Source: Mytilus californianus
Taxonomy: Eukaryota
Length of the DNA stretch: 64,000 nt
Assembly: GCF_021869535.1 (NCBI RefSeq)
Contig: NW_026262734.1
Location: forward strand, 44,640,001-44,704,000
Direction of reading: 5' to 3'
In this document: positions 39,901-54,203 of the stretch, piece by piece
How the letters are laid out: the number at the start of each line of letters is the position of its first letter
How positions within the stretch are numbered: position 1 is the first letter of the stretch
The notes under the pieces: model-generated
The model's input: the letters and a program-made list of their open reading frames with translations, nothing else
The model's database searches: none
What the model was told of the DNA's origin: nothing
Position numbers and translations under genes: made by a program

Positions 39901-42900
39901 TATTCGAATGGGGTCATGAGTGTTCATTGTTTTTCTTTTTTTGTTTATCAGAATTGTAAAAGTATTGTTTCAACGTATGGCTATGAAAAATCCGCAGTCA
40001 TTCATGCAAGCGTTTTAATTTTTAACTGTCCTTTTTCTTTTAAATGAAAACAGACTCGTTTTCCATTATCATTAAAACCGTGTCTTCCATTCACTTTCGG
40101 TCCCGTTGTTTCAATGGTTTATGATAAATAAGGGTTAGACAAGATATTGTGACGAATCAGCTATTGCGCAGTTTAATAGAACAAACATGGGGGCGGCATT
40201 AGTGGAGGAGGAATTGCTGACCATATCGGAGGATCTCCGGGTTTTTGATGGGGTTCATGTTGCTCAATCTTTTGTTTTCTTTGTATTGTAATTGGATAAT
40301 GAATAGAAGAAATGGCAAGCTATGATAAGACGTAAATGTTACATCATGTGTTTTATCTAGGATTACACAGCAATATGAATCAACATATCAATAATTTAAC
40401 ATGCTTAATAAATGAAGCCTTTTCAAATTGTGTGGAAAAATGCTCTCTCAGGATTTTGCATATCAAATGCGAAATATAAATTATTCATAAACTAAATGAG
40501 AAATGTATTGGAAATGAGGTTTGTTACAAAAACAACTCATGCTTTTGCCAATTATAATTTGATCATGTTAACATGGTTAACAAGAACACTATAACACACA
40601 CGACTGTTCAATTAATGTATGATTAACCTGTCAACACCAAGGTTGTGAATTTGAACCCTCTACGCTGCAGGTGTGCTCGACTTAAATTTTAATTGAGAAG
40701 GATTGTCAGATTTCCTGCCGAAGGTCGATGATTTTCTCCTGGCACTCCTCTGGCTTCCTCCATCAATAAAAACTGAACGCCACGAAATCGTCAATAGTGC
40801 TGAAAGTGGCGTTAAAAACCAATCAACCAACAAACCAACAAATATTACTGTTGAAAGCCTTACATCTAGAAGCAAATTGTCAATGTATTTGCAGGACAGT
40901 GACAAGCTAGAGTCAATTAGATTTTTATTTCTTTTTTTGGCATTTCTGAGTCGGATTTTGTTTTAATGTCCTGGCTTACACCTGTCTACAAGAATACGCG
41001 TCAAATTACTCGAAACATTATGATAATCCTGAATCGACTTCTTTATCTTTATTCTTATTCTGAAACGTTTTTAGTTTACCTATATTATTCAGCCATGATC
41101 CCCGCACATTAGGCGTACAAACTACAACCGTAAACAACAGAAACGTATGACACTTATTCATGCGAAAAATAGTTTGTTAAATATTTTTTTTTTATATGAT
41201 TTGCATTATAATTACAAACCTTTTTTTATTTGCAGATGTGTTAGATGAGAAAGTTTTACCAGTAATTATTTCCATGCGTAATGGAGGATTGAATAAAGAC
41301 GTATTAGTTAGTGCTAGCAGTTTATTACTCCCGATTATTCGATTGAAGGTACACAATTCTGTTAACAACATGATATGTGTTTAAGGCATTTTTCAAAGTG
41401 ATACATGGCTTTTTCAACGTGTTCGATTCGCTCATATATGTAACAATGTATTTGATTTTAACGAAAGCAATCTCTGTATTACTTAAAAACTATTACACCA
41501 GGGTTTTCGATAGCACAAACTAGTCAAAACATTTACTAAATTTTATCATCGGTACAAGGACATCATTCGTAAATATAAATAAACATGAAGACATCTTATA
41601 CGTTCAGGAATTTCACATCAAAACTTTTATGGTAATATTCTATACAAATCAGAAAAAATTCGTCATTCATCTCAAAAGCTAACCAAACCTTTTAACAGAC
41701 TTATTCAGAAGGGATATAGTAACGATACTGTTGTCAGGTCATTAAAGATGGCATATTTTGGAATTAATATTGATTCACTCATAGGGTCTTTGCATTGGAA
41801 ATAAACACATTTATTCTAAAACGAGTTGTTGGTGGGTTATTTGATCTTCTCATATATTTTATAATGGTATGATACTAAACCCCTAACGGGAGGGACTGTG
41901 CTTGATTTTCATATGATGAAGACATATCTTTCAATTAGTTTAATTGAGGTCTGTAGCTGGCATGTCAGTAACTGCTAGTAGTCCTTTGTTAATTCATGTA
42001 TCATTGTCATTTTGCTTAGTTTCTTCTGTTACCTATTCTGAAATTGGCCTCGGACTTCTTTTAAACTGAGTTGTACTGTGCGTATTGCTGTGTGTTTGTT
42101 TATTCTACATTGACTAGAGGTATAGGGGAAGGGTTGAGATCTCACAAAACATGTTTAACCACGCCGTGCTTTTGCGCTTATCCCAAGTCAGAAGCCCCTG
42201 GCCTTTGCTAGTCCTGTATGTTCTTTTAATTTTAGTCCATTTATATGTTTCGGAGTTAAGTGTCACGTCCATTTTCACTGAACTAGTACACATTTTTGTG
42301 TAGGGGCCAGCTGAAGCCCGCCTCCGGGTGCTGGATTTTCTCGCTGTCTTGAAGACCCATTGGTAGGCTTGGGCTGTTTTCTGCTCTTTGGTCGGATTGT
42401 TGTCTCTTTGACCCATTCCCGATTTCCATTATCAATTTTATTACAATGTTGTTTAGTAATGGCCTTGCATGGTATCATTCGTTAATAATAAAAAAAATAT
42501 TATGTTTTTTGTAAGTAAGAAACATATTCTATTGATGTTGTCAAAAGATGTGGTTTTTAAGATAACTCGTTTGGTGAAGGGACACTATTCGGAAGAGTGA
42601 CTTTGTGCCTTTTTTATTCATCTTTTATCGTAGAAAAGCAGTCCAGACGTTACTGTATTGACACTTGAAAATGGTTCCATTGAAAAAGCAACTGAGCATA
42701 TGACAAATTTAAAGACTCCTTGGACTGTCAGAAAATCAGAAACTCTTATTGTAATTAAGAATGCAGAAACAACAGAAGAAATTTCATCTATCAATGAGGT
42801 GCAAAGCAATTACGATTTCGAAGCTCTGATATGTCATTTGGTTATTGGAGGTATGTCTGTTTCAAATAATGCATCATTAAGTAAACTATATATGTGTCAT

Positions 42901-45900
42901 GTCACTGGTACTTCATTTTCACTATGGCAAAAGAAGCTTTTATGTTGTTTTATATTTTATACGTTTTTTTTACTTTGACTATGCTTATAAAAATATACCA
43001 TTTTTAAGAATCTTTATCTTTTTCAGTATTGAATATATGTTTCAATGATGATGTCTTCTTCTAACATGTGCAGAATAAATATAAAGTTCCATGTACCTTG
43101 TCATGCTGCATATAATTCCATAGTCTCAGTAACGACCACAAAGAGTGTCGTTTCCGTTAGCCGGAGTAGATGGGTCAATTTGTATAATAAGAGGTTTCAA
43201 CAATTATCTTTTGTTAATCATTTTAGATGTCACGTGTACTGATGTGTCTGACTTACAAAATTAATTGCAAACCATTATTTGTGCATTAAACATTCATAAA
43301 CGTACAGTAAATGTTTAATTCAAGCATATAATACCGATATAGGCGTATAAAGAACCAAATAAAGACGCTTATCGCACAGGTTTTTTTTATTTAGGTTCTT
43401 TTAATGTTAAAGCGTAAAAAAAGCGTTACTTGTGGTCAACGCTTTTGTACTGGTGCAACTCTCCTATACTGTTTTTTTTAAATACATCCGTGACGTAAAT
43501 CCTTTGTTCAAACTCTCCATTATTTGTTCATCTTCATTCATCTGGACGTTTTGGGCTTTGGATATTTCCATGGGCATTTTCTCAAAAAGTGTGCACCCAT
43601 GGAAATAATTCTAAAGGACGAAACGCGATATTGGATGACGATGAACACTTACTTAAACCTTAAACGTTTGATACTGGATTTTTGTTTCTCAAATTGGGAT
43701 CGTTCTTATACAATGCATACCAAATATCTCATTATTGATAAACTGCTTTTATTAGCGAGTCGTACTTCCATGGTATAATATATATTATCGTATTTACTAA
43801 AATTCCACAACACTATTAATATCTGTTTTCCGATGCAGATCTAGGCTGAATTTCTGTCAAGGATAGTATCCAAGCGGGTAAAAATGAATATTTTCCGCTG
43901 AGTGCCATTCTTCTTCTGTGCATCTACAAAATATCAAACATGTTAACTCTGTTGAATTCTTTAATTTTTGTAATATAATATTGAACACATTAACATTTGT
44001 CAATAAGGAACATTAGAAAAAAATATATTTCAATTAAAGATTTGCGTTTAATTTTACCGTTTAAGATATCATTTCCTTGAAATTTGTAGTGCTGTATTTT
44101 GATTTTTGTACAGCAAAAATAGTTTGTTCCATTTAAATATGTACATTAAAAACAGAAAAAATACTCGGAAAGTTTCTACAATAATACGGTGATTAAATAA
44201 AATAAATAGTTAAAGAGTCTGAAATGGTCAAAATGGCGTATTGGGTATATCATTTGATTGTTCCGACGTTGTTATAATATGAATATAGTACTAATAAATA
44301 GAATTTAGGGGGTATGGATAATATTTAAATAAGGCTTGTGTTAACTATTGGGCGCGGTTTTATTCAAGTTTCAACAGAAACGGTAACATAATCAAAACCT
44401 TCACTATTATTATATATGTCCAGTGACAAATATAACAGTTATATTGACAGTGTAAGTGACGGCGTTAATCTTGAAAGTTTAAATAAAATAAAACAAATGA
44501 TTTCCACTTAAGTTAAAGAAACACAAAACGGAATTCAGAAATGTTTTTAATTACGCGTTTTTTTTTCTAAAACTGGTTGCTTCCTTTCTGACAATAGGGA
44601 AGAGTGAAGTTTGCTTGTATTGCTATTTAAGACGCATCTAAAATATATATAACATTTCTTTCGTTGTCATGGGCAAAGGGAAAGAAAAAAATGTCGGATT
44701 CTACATGAAAGACTGTTTTCTTGTTTAATTTTATTTGATCTAATAGAATGGTTTGATATATTTAGAATCACATTGAGTTTCTGAAAAGACTTATTATTGC
44801 GCACACCCTTATTAGTTTAATAACATAGACTAGAGTGTTACATACCTGAAAATTTATTCTAGTTTCATTTTCTCAGACGATTCTACATCCAAGATTTATC
44901 AAACGAAAAACACACATAGTCCATTAATATGCTGTCCCAGGTTAGGGGGAGGGTTTGGTGACATCTAACTAGTTTAACCCCACCACATTCTGTATTTGCC
45001 TGTCCCAAGTTAGGAACCTGTAATTAAGTGGTTGTCGTTTGTTGCTGTGTTGCATATTTCGTTAATTATTTTGTACATAAATTCGTTAGTTTTCTCGTTT
45101 GAATTTATTTTACATTTCCATTTCGGGGCTTACTATGCGGTGTGGGCTTTGTTCATTGTTGAAGGCCGTACGGTGACCTATAGTTGTTAATTTGTGTGTC
45201 ATTTGGTCTAGTTGGAGAGTTGTATCATTTACGAAAATTTTGCATTAATCGTTCCTGCCCATCAAAAATCAATCTTTTCAATCATTGGTATGAAGGTTTT
45301 TGTCCATTTTCTATTCAACCGTAGTGGATAGTTCAGTAAAAATCATATTAGTCTTAAGTTCATAGAAGAATGACATGAAAATTATGAATAATGCAGTTTT
45401 TTTTATATTGTCCTTACACATATGACGATTTTTCCCATTTTGTAGCTTTAAAAAGAAATAAAAGAAAAACGTTTGGCCAGTGCTTTTTTGATATATTAAA
45501 AAAAAACAAAACAAAAAACAAATAAAAAACATCTGACTAAAAATGCATATATAGAGTTTATAAATTAAGAATACTGCCTTTATTGTTCTTCCTAATTTGA
45601 TTCAAATCCAGGTTCAACAAGCATAGCCTTCTAAAATAAAGACAACGGATTTTGGACATCTATCTATGCATACTATCCTACTGTCTGTCAATACATTTAT
45701 TTTTGGCATTGCACAAGTCATGTCTTCTTTGACTGTCCATGACGTTAAAATACTAAATCCCTGGGATGTGTTTTAGTTGATTTTGTTCCCTGATGCATGA
45801 ATTTTTATTATTAATTATTTTTGGCTTTTTACTAGCTGTCAGTAACTGCGAGTACTCTCAAATCGTCCTTTCTTGTTAATTTGACCTGTTGATACTATTT

Positions 45901-48900
45901 GTAATACTTCTTTGTTATTTAATGTTTACTTATTCAGGGTTATATCTGGTCTATATGTAACACTCCCAAACGTGTTCATCCCCCCAAACGTGTCCTATTC
46001 CCCCAAACGTGTCTATTCTCCCCAAACGTGTCCGTAATCTTCAACATTGCCCAAACGTGTCCGATTTTATAACCCCCAATCGTGTCCGATAATTGTTATT
46101 CGCCAAAACGTGTCCACTGTTAAAAACGCCAGAACGTCTGACGTCTTTTCGCACTAATACATGTATGTCCTAAATGACATCAATAACGTTTACGGCAATT
46201 CTATGATGGGGGACACAGTTGATGAAGTGGTCATTTATTATCATTAGTTTCTTCAATGCCGGTTGTTAATGATTATCATAATTGCAAATTTAATCTGTAA
46301 CATATGAATTAACTTTTGACTGAAATGCTCATTGTCCAGTTGCAAGTATTTCATGCTGATTTAGAGCGAACATACAAATAATTTTAGTTCAGTTGAATTA
46401 ATCGTTTACTAAGTGAATTATTGTGTACTAATAAACTCCGATGATGCCTTTTATATTAAACCGAATATTGCACGGCGGGCTTTCCACAGAATTGACTTCC
46501 CTTTTTTCAACAGTTCTGGTATTTCAAAAGTTCTTCAAGTCATAAACTGTTTATCAGGTTTTTTAATAAATTTTAGGTTTCGAGCATCACAAAAGACACA
46601 CAAATTAAACAAGAGACATAACGTCCAGTGCCAAATATTTCATGTATTATTTGAACGACATCATGTTAACAATAAATACTGTACATAGGTTTTATTATCA
46701 TACCCGGAATTTAGGATTGGGCCTAAATTTTTACGGTTATTTCGGGATTAACACTAGTTGGGATTTTAATCTAAAAAATTAAAGAGCCAGTAAAGACCGA
46801 TCTTTTTATGACTTAAGTAAGAAACTGCTTCAATCTCCGTTATGTAATAGAGGCCGTTTTAAATAAAAGTTGCGGAAATAAAAAAACAATGTTGCCTTCC
46901 AAAATAGAAATGATGGCACCATGAAAGAGTGAAATGCTACAAAGGTTTTAATGCGCAGAGAAAGTGACATTCTCCCTACAGAAGGTATCTGATTTAATAT
47001 CGACAATTTAACTGAGCATGGCTGCTTACATTTACATCCAACAAAGCCGAACAGACGCCCCCACTTTTACCCAGCCTGGTTATACTGCCGGTTTAAAAAA
47101 GACCTAAAGTAATTTATTTCTATTTTATAATGAAATAGTAAAATGAGTATACGTTAATGAAAAAGCAATAACCAAATAACAGACGCATTTATAATATGGA
47201 CCGAATGAAAGTTCCAGTAAAAGAAAATAATTAAGCTTGATATGGACACGTTTGGGGGATTGGACACGTTTGGGGGATTGGGCACGTTTTGGTGTTTATA
47301 CAAATGACACGCTTTTGGCGCCATTTTACATTAAGACATGTTTTGCAGTTCAGTGACGTCATGTGGACACGTTTGGGGGAATCGGACACGTTTGGGGGGA
47401 AGGACACGTTTCTGAGTGTTACATATATACCAGCTTTGATAAGTGTTTGGTATTACTATAAATTTTCACTTATATGAACATCAAAATTATTTATTTTGTA
47501 AAAATATTTCCTTTCTCCTTTTAAACTGTATACCTAACAACAACTTTATTTTCATTTACCTGTGTATAATATTATTGTAAATGGCGGATTTTTGTTAAAG
47601 GTTATTGTTGATTTTCTGAAATTTTTTAACATTTCACAGCGGTATAATACTGTTACTATAATAATTCATCCCTTATTTTATTGATTTTGTGTTTACATTG
47701 TATCATAGATCAAATTTATTCGTTCAGTGTATGTTCACTTGTGTTAATATGTCTTTTGTTTGAGTTAAGCCATTTCAATTGATATTTTATAGTGTGTCTT
47801 TCTATGTTGTAATGTTACACTATTGTTTCAGATAAGGGTGAAGGTTTGGTACCATTAAAACGTTTAAACCCGCTGCAATTGTTTGCACCTGTCCTAAGTC
47901 AAGAATCTGATGTTCAGTAGTTGTCGTTTGTTGATGTGGTTCATAAGTGTTTCTCGTTTCTCTTTTTTTTTATATAGATTAGATCGTTGGTTTTCCCGTT
48001 TGAATGGTTTTACACAAGTAATTTTTGGGGCCTTTTATAACTTACTGTGCGGTGTGAGCCAAGGCTCCGTGTTGAAGACCGTACTTTGACCTATAATGGT
48101 TTACTTTTATAAAGTGTGACTTAGATGGAGAGTTGTCTCGTTGGCACTCATACCACATCTTCTTATATCTAAAGATATTTTACAAATGTTGAATTCAAGG
48201 CAACAATAAAAATAATATTGATGAATTGCTATTGTTTCAATAAAAATGCATTTGGTTTTTTTCCATTGTAATACCATCTATCTCGTTCGTATCTAAATAC
48301 TATGTAACATTCGTAAATACACTATCTATTGTGAAATCATTTAATTTTTATTGCAGTCTCAATTGCGAACAAACATATAGTATATGTAAGTTTATATTAA
48401 CATGCTAAGAAAACATTGTTTTACATTGACTTTCTTCAAAGAAACAGAACTTGCATTGTACTAAAGACAAAGCAACATGAAACACAACAAATTCCCGGGG
48501 TTATCTCGGGTGCTCCGATTTGCAGAAAAATTAAGATGCTTCTTTAGAGTAGAAGGTCATACACCGAAAATGAGAACTGACATATAACTGATCTTGGGAA
48601 AAGTTGGAATATAGATTTGGTTAATGTCTCTTTTCCAACAATAAGACATATCTAAAATTTCAAACCGGTAGCAAATGGAATGTTCCTAACACAAAACAAT
48701 TTCAACGTAAATATTGATCTTTTTTAAACTATCTTAATAAACAATAACTCGTATCATTGGCTTTATACGTTTTATAACTACTTGATATTGATTGAGTGAT
48801 GATTTATGTTTTACGCTATTGTAAGCACCTTTGGTTAATTCGTGGTGCTTAGTTTTTTTGTTGGTGGAGGAAGCCGGAGAGAACAACCGACCTTCGACAG

Positions 48901-51900
48901 GAACACTTCTTGATACACATCGCTTAGATTATTTTGTAAATGTTTTTATCCTGCAATCAGCCAACTATTGTACAAATAACAGGTACACACATACATTTTT
49001 GCTTTATTTGTACTTGTACAAATAAAGTCTCATGTTACCCCTCTTCCATGCTGAGCAAGCGGTAATGGGATATTTCTTTTTGCGTACCAGTTAATTTTGG
49101 GGTTTTCTTCGCGGTCCGCGTTTAAACTATGTCGATTTATTTGAAAAACTAGAGACAATGATTTAGATTTTAACAACTAAAGTTTCAAGTGTTTGGTGTA
49201 AATTTCAAGATAAAAACAATAAATGTACATTGTCGGAAAATATAAAATTTATTTGTACTCGCTGCGAAACAGGAGAAAAGCTCGACGAGCCTCGCTTTTC
49301 GTTCTGTTTCTAAAGCTCATACAAATAAATTTTATATTTTTCGACAATGAACATATATTGTATATATATATATATGTATATATATATTGACTTAAAGGAA
49401 GTTAACTCCTCTGTTTCGAAATTACAAGCTTTTGAAAAGACTGTTAAAAAGGGATAATATATAAAAAACAGAAATTAAAAAGCACAAAAAAATGAAAGGT
49501 ACGTGACCTTGGTTTTTGAGATATAGTCGATTAAAAATTTGGCGGGAAATAATTCTCTCTAGATTTTTCATATATTTAACATTGACACCTTTTTCTTTCA
49601 AAAACTATGAGAAATAAAAAGGATGTTATAAGATTTTCAGCAATACCTTTTTAAACTATATGTAATAAAATTATGGAAAAAATAGTTAGCGTGAATTATT
49701 TCATTGGCATCACATGGAAAAACTGGAGGATTCCGAATATCTGACAAAAAGTCTAAAACAAGACAAACGAATATCCTTAAGTAAAGAATACCAACAATTT
49801 TAGGAGACAGACAAAGAAGAGTATGTAAACGTATTATCGATGTACCTTTTGAAGATTGAAAAATGGCGCATTCCAGAAGACGCTTTTAAATTGACGTTTG
49901 ATCATCGATCTATAGAATACATTTATGAACAGGTAATTTAAGTAAAGAAATATATTAAACTGCATGCCTTCCATTTATAAGATAACGCAATTAAATTGTA
50001 CATCGTTCAAGTGAATTCTAATGACTGCCTTTATCAAACTAATGGTTTTTATTTAGGACAATTAGTTCAATAACGTATTTAGAATGAGAAGTTTCATACT
50101 AGTGCCGAATCTGAGATGTTTTCGTTTTACAATATAAAAATAAGTTGATGTTGTATGATTGCCAATGAGACAACTATCCACATAGGTTCAAATAAAATGG
50201 ATGTAAGCAATAATAGGCAACCGTAAGGTATTCAACACTGATAAAATCCCATACCGGATAGTCGGCTATAAAATGCCCCGACATGAAAAATATGAAACAA
50301 TTCAAATGAGAAACCTAACTGTCTAATTCACTTGTAATTTATAACAAAACTATTTACGAAAAACTGACATGATAGAGACGAACCATCGTGAAATGGACTT
50401 ACTAAATTATATTCAATTGTTTCCTTTGTGTGCCTAATTTCATTTAGTTTGAATTAGCTAATTTACTGATTTCTGTTCACTAATGGAATTAATTTAAAAA
50501 CTTACCTTCAATTTTTGTAACTTTTATATGCCATCACTGGGAATCGAACCCCTCCTTGAAATCTGTTATATGTGACTGACATCGACACATCCATGAAACC
50601 TCTCGGCTACCAATGGGTTGCAAGTTGGATGTCTATTTTATATATATAAACGAACATAGGATACTCATCGCTACAACGGACACACAGGGCTTGTACCTTT
50701 ATATATACATAATAGGCAATCGTATAGTATAAATCAATAGCCGCCAGGTTAACGTGGTTAAGATCAATGAGTTGAAGATTCAAGTTAAAGGTAGAAAGAG
50801 ACTTGTCGGTTTAGGTTCGAATCCCTGTATTCTTTTTGATGTATCTTTTCTTCTTTAGTTTTTCCGTTTTTCTTATTTTGTATGTTAGTGTGAATATTTT
50901 TGTAATAGCTGGTTTTCCCGTTTATGTTTTTGGATTATTATTGGCCAATTCGGGTATTTGATAAAAAATGATTACATTCAATATATCCATTTTTTGTTTT
51001 ATATTTATATAATATTATTTCATCTGTTTTACTACATGTCTTTACAAATGCTTAATCGCAAATACCTATGCGAGTAAATTGTGATGTGCCAATAATAAGG
51101 GTTCTTGCTAGAAATTTTGGTAACATACTTATTATATATACTTAAAAATAAATTCGAACATGTCTTATTTTGTAAATTAAGGATGATATTCAGATGCATA
51201 ATAATTCAAAGACGGACGTGTTATGTTATATTTGTATTTCCTTAACTAATTAATTGTGAACCTTGTTAATGCATCGTTGCACATGATAACATGTCTATTT
51301 ATATTCACTTACAATACCTTCTAATTAAGAAAAGGCTTTAATTTTGAAAAGAAATGAACACAATAGTTTAAGTAATAGATACAATGGATAAGCGTAGATT
51401 CATGAAAAACAAACCATTCGCCCTCCGGGCTCATGGTTTCTTTTTCAAGAATCTACGCTTATCCATTGTATCTATATTACGTAATATATGACCGCTTATA
51501 GGATTTGACAACTGCATTTGCTAGTGGATTACGGGCTGATTTGGTAGCATTGTCTAGGTTAACTGATATGCCAACAGATTGGAAGGAAAAAGGTGAATAT
51601 ATTATTTTGATAATAATTTTAAACATTAGTTGAAATTCTCAGTAACAATATAAGAGTACCACAAACAAGTTTATTGAAATGTGTACATCAATGATAAAAG
51701 AAAATAGATAAGCCAATAGAACAAAATGGTGATTAACACTACCTCCAACTCCAACATTTATAGTTAGTTAATCCATTTTCCTTGTTTGTTTCAAAAATAT
51801 ATATCACACATATATAATAACTATTTTCGAACGATCGATCGAGCATACTGAAACTGATGGCCGTATATATGTTATCGTTAATATAATCAGCCATGTTGTC

Positions 51901-54157
51901 AAGTAAATGTTTAGTCTACTTTAATTTTGTGTCAAACAAAAAACTGATTTTTAAATGCTCTGTACTATATTAATCTATATTATCACTTTTTTACACATTA
52001 ACAGTTTTATTTTTTTCCAGTAAACAAATGTAAATGATGACTTTTAGATAGTGTATCTAATGACGAGGAAGACCTATGTGACTATGTGATCATTCAATGT
52101 GTTTACTTTAAAAAAAGAAATCATCCTATTATCTTTACTATAACTCGTGAGTTTTAGCTACACTGTTGTCATAACAAAATATATTTCATTTAACTATACT
52201 GTACTAAGGCCTGATGTATTTTAATAGATATCAAACGAGCAGTCTCGAATTCCGATGTCATTGGACTCATATATTTAGCATTACTGCGGAAACAGTTTTA
52301 TTCTGGGGCAACTCAGCTTATAGATACAGGATTTGTAAGTCAGTTTTTAAGTTAAGCTTTCAAAAATATAATTTGCTAGTCAATTAAAAGGTTACATGAA
52401 GTTTACAGTTATTGTTACTCTGTGTAGTATGCAACCTGCACATGTGTTAATTCATGTAATATGCGATTCTAACCATTTTTTTATTGGAACCTTTATCAGA
52501 ATGCATAACCACATATCACTAAGATTGGTTTCGAATGCAGACCATAAATTTAGGTTACCGTTACAGATCAACTGTTTCACCCATGACATCTAGTGGCAAT
52601 CTTATTGCCAACCATTACGGTTTTAAGTGTTTTATATTTTGATTTAAAATGCTGGTCTGTATATGTTTTCAATTTTCATTTGTGTTTTTTATTTTTTTTC
52701 CGTACTTTATTTGAGCGTACGGTTTTTGCATGTAGTTTAACTTCAGCTAGATTCATATGTACGTTTTTTTACGGAAATGATATGCGAATGTCAATATGAA
52801 AAAGAAGATATAGAAGAGTTAAAAATGGACCTAACCCATGCTGTACAGTAAGCTATAAACTGGTTAGATTTGTAACTTTAACCACAGCGTATACTATTGT
52901 TGTTTTATTTTTGTTATATGTATATAAATATTGTTTAAGGTTTGGAAATTGATTATGTATTTCATGTAGTTAATATTGAAAAATTGAGAGCCTTATTGAA
53001 TATCGGTTTGATCCAAATTAGTAACTCTCTAAAAATAAAGAAATAATCATTATCATAATTATTAAATGTATTATTATTATCAGTATCAGTACAGAACACC
53101 TAAGACAGATAACTCTTACTCATAGACTGTTTCATTGCAGCGTTTTAAAATCACATGCAATATGCAAGAATTTAAAAGATCCAGATCAGAACATTTACCT
53201 TGTTACTAAGAGCAGATGTACACCTATTTGTTATTCGTTTTATCTTTTAACCCATTTATAGTAACACATTTTCCATAAATGAATCGTCAAAGAGACCAAA
53301 AAGGAAATTTTCAAAGCAAAATTAATTTGAAAAAAGAAAAGCAGGAGATCCGATTTTTTTAAAGGGTCAAATACAGAGAAACAGAAGGAACCAGACGTAT
53401 TTGGCATCTTTAATGACCACTACAGCTATATTCATAACTACATTGATATAGCAGCAGAGACTGAGATCATTGATCCTGTTTATCGGAAACACAGTCCTAG
53501 GTTGTGGGGAGAAATATAGTTGAACTAGATCAGTAGGGGAAAAGTTATTTGGGCTTAGTGGCATTTTTAGGGTCTTCCTTACTTCTAGAAAGAACAAATG
53601 GGCTCACGAAAAAGAAATGACTTCGTGTGGTCTATAAGGAATTTAAAAAGTATGCCTGTGCTGTCTTACAACTTTTACGAAATTATTAAAATGACTCCAA
53701 TCAGAAATATGAGTATCCTATTGTTATAGTTAGTCTGTCTCTATTACCACGTTTTTGTTTTAGATAGCAAAGAGGGTACACAATACGACTCGTGTTTATA
53801 CCAACCGAAAGTAAAAACGCCTAACAATAAAATTATAACCAAATAAACAAATAAACCAAGGACAATTCTGCTTCTATTCGTATCAAATTGATTAAAATCA
53901 AACCAGGATTGTCTCCACGATACTTTTTTTGAAAACCGTAGTTTTGAATGAAATACACTTAGGAGCGTAAAACTATAGGTTTCGAATAATTTATATATGA
54001 CATGTGAATTTGTGTGTTGAAAAACGCTGGCAAGTTACTTTTTTTATGCAATTATGAAAATTTAAGGACATGATTTATATTCATATAAAAAGTAAGAAGA
54101 TACCAATGGGATAATCGACCACTAGTGCATCATTTACAAGTCGAAGAACAAAGACAA

Positions 54158-54203
<46 letters not shown>

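Noticed and set aside
44210-44244. Alternative phase 1 to 0 exon KESEMVKMAYW (and the open stretch from 44877)
   Set aside because: Weaker splice sites than 48357-48385; the 44877 stretch runs into a repeat. Not excluded without cDNA.
49390-49781. TTAA-flanked MITE (Kolobok/piggyBac-like)
   Set aside because: The two ends do not form matching inverted repeats.
52021-52029. 9-nt micro-exon in place of exon 52048-52146
   Set aside because: The 99-nt exon gives the correct HP-to-WAVL register of TRPM MHR4.
53141-53520. Open frames with plausible splice sites (53141-53217, 53365-53520)
   Set aside because: No TRPM similarity; inserting them would break the MHR4 register between 52334 and 57655.
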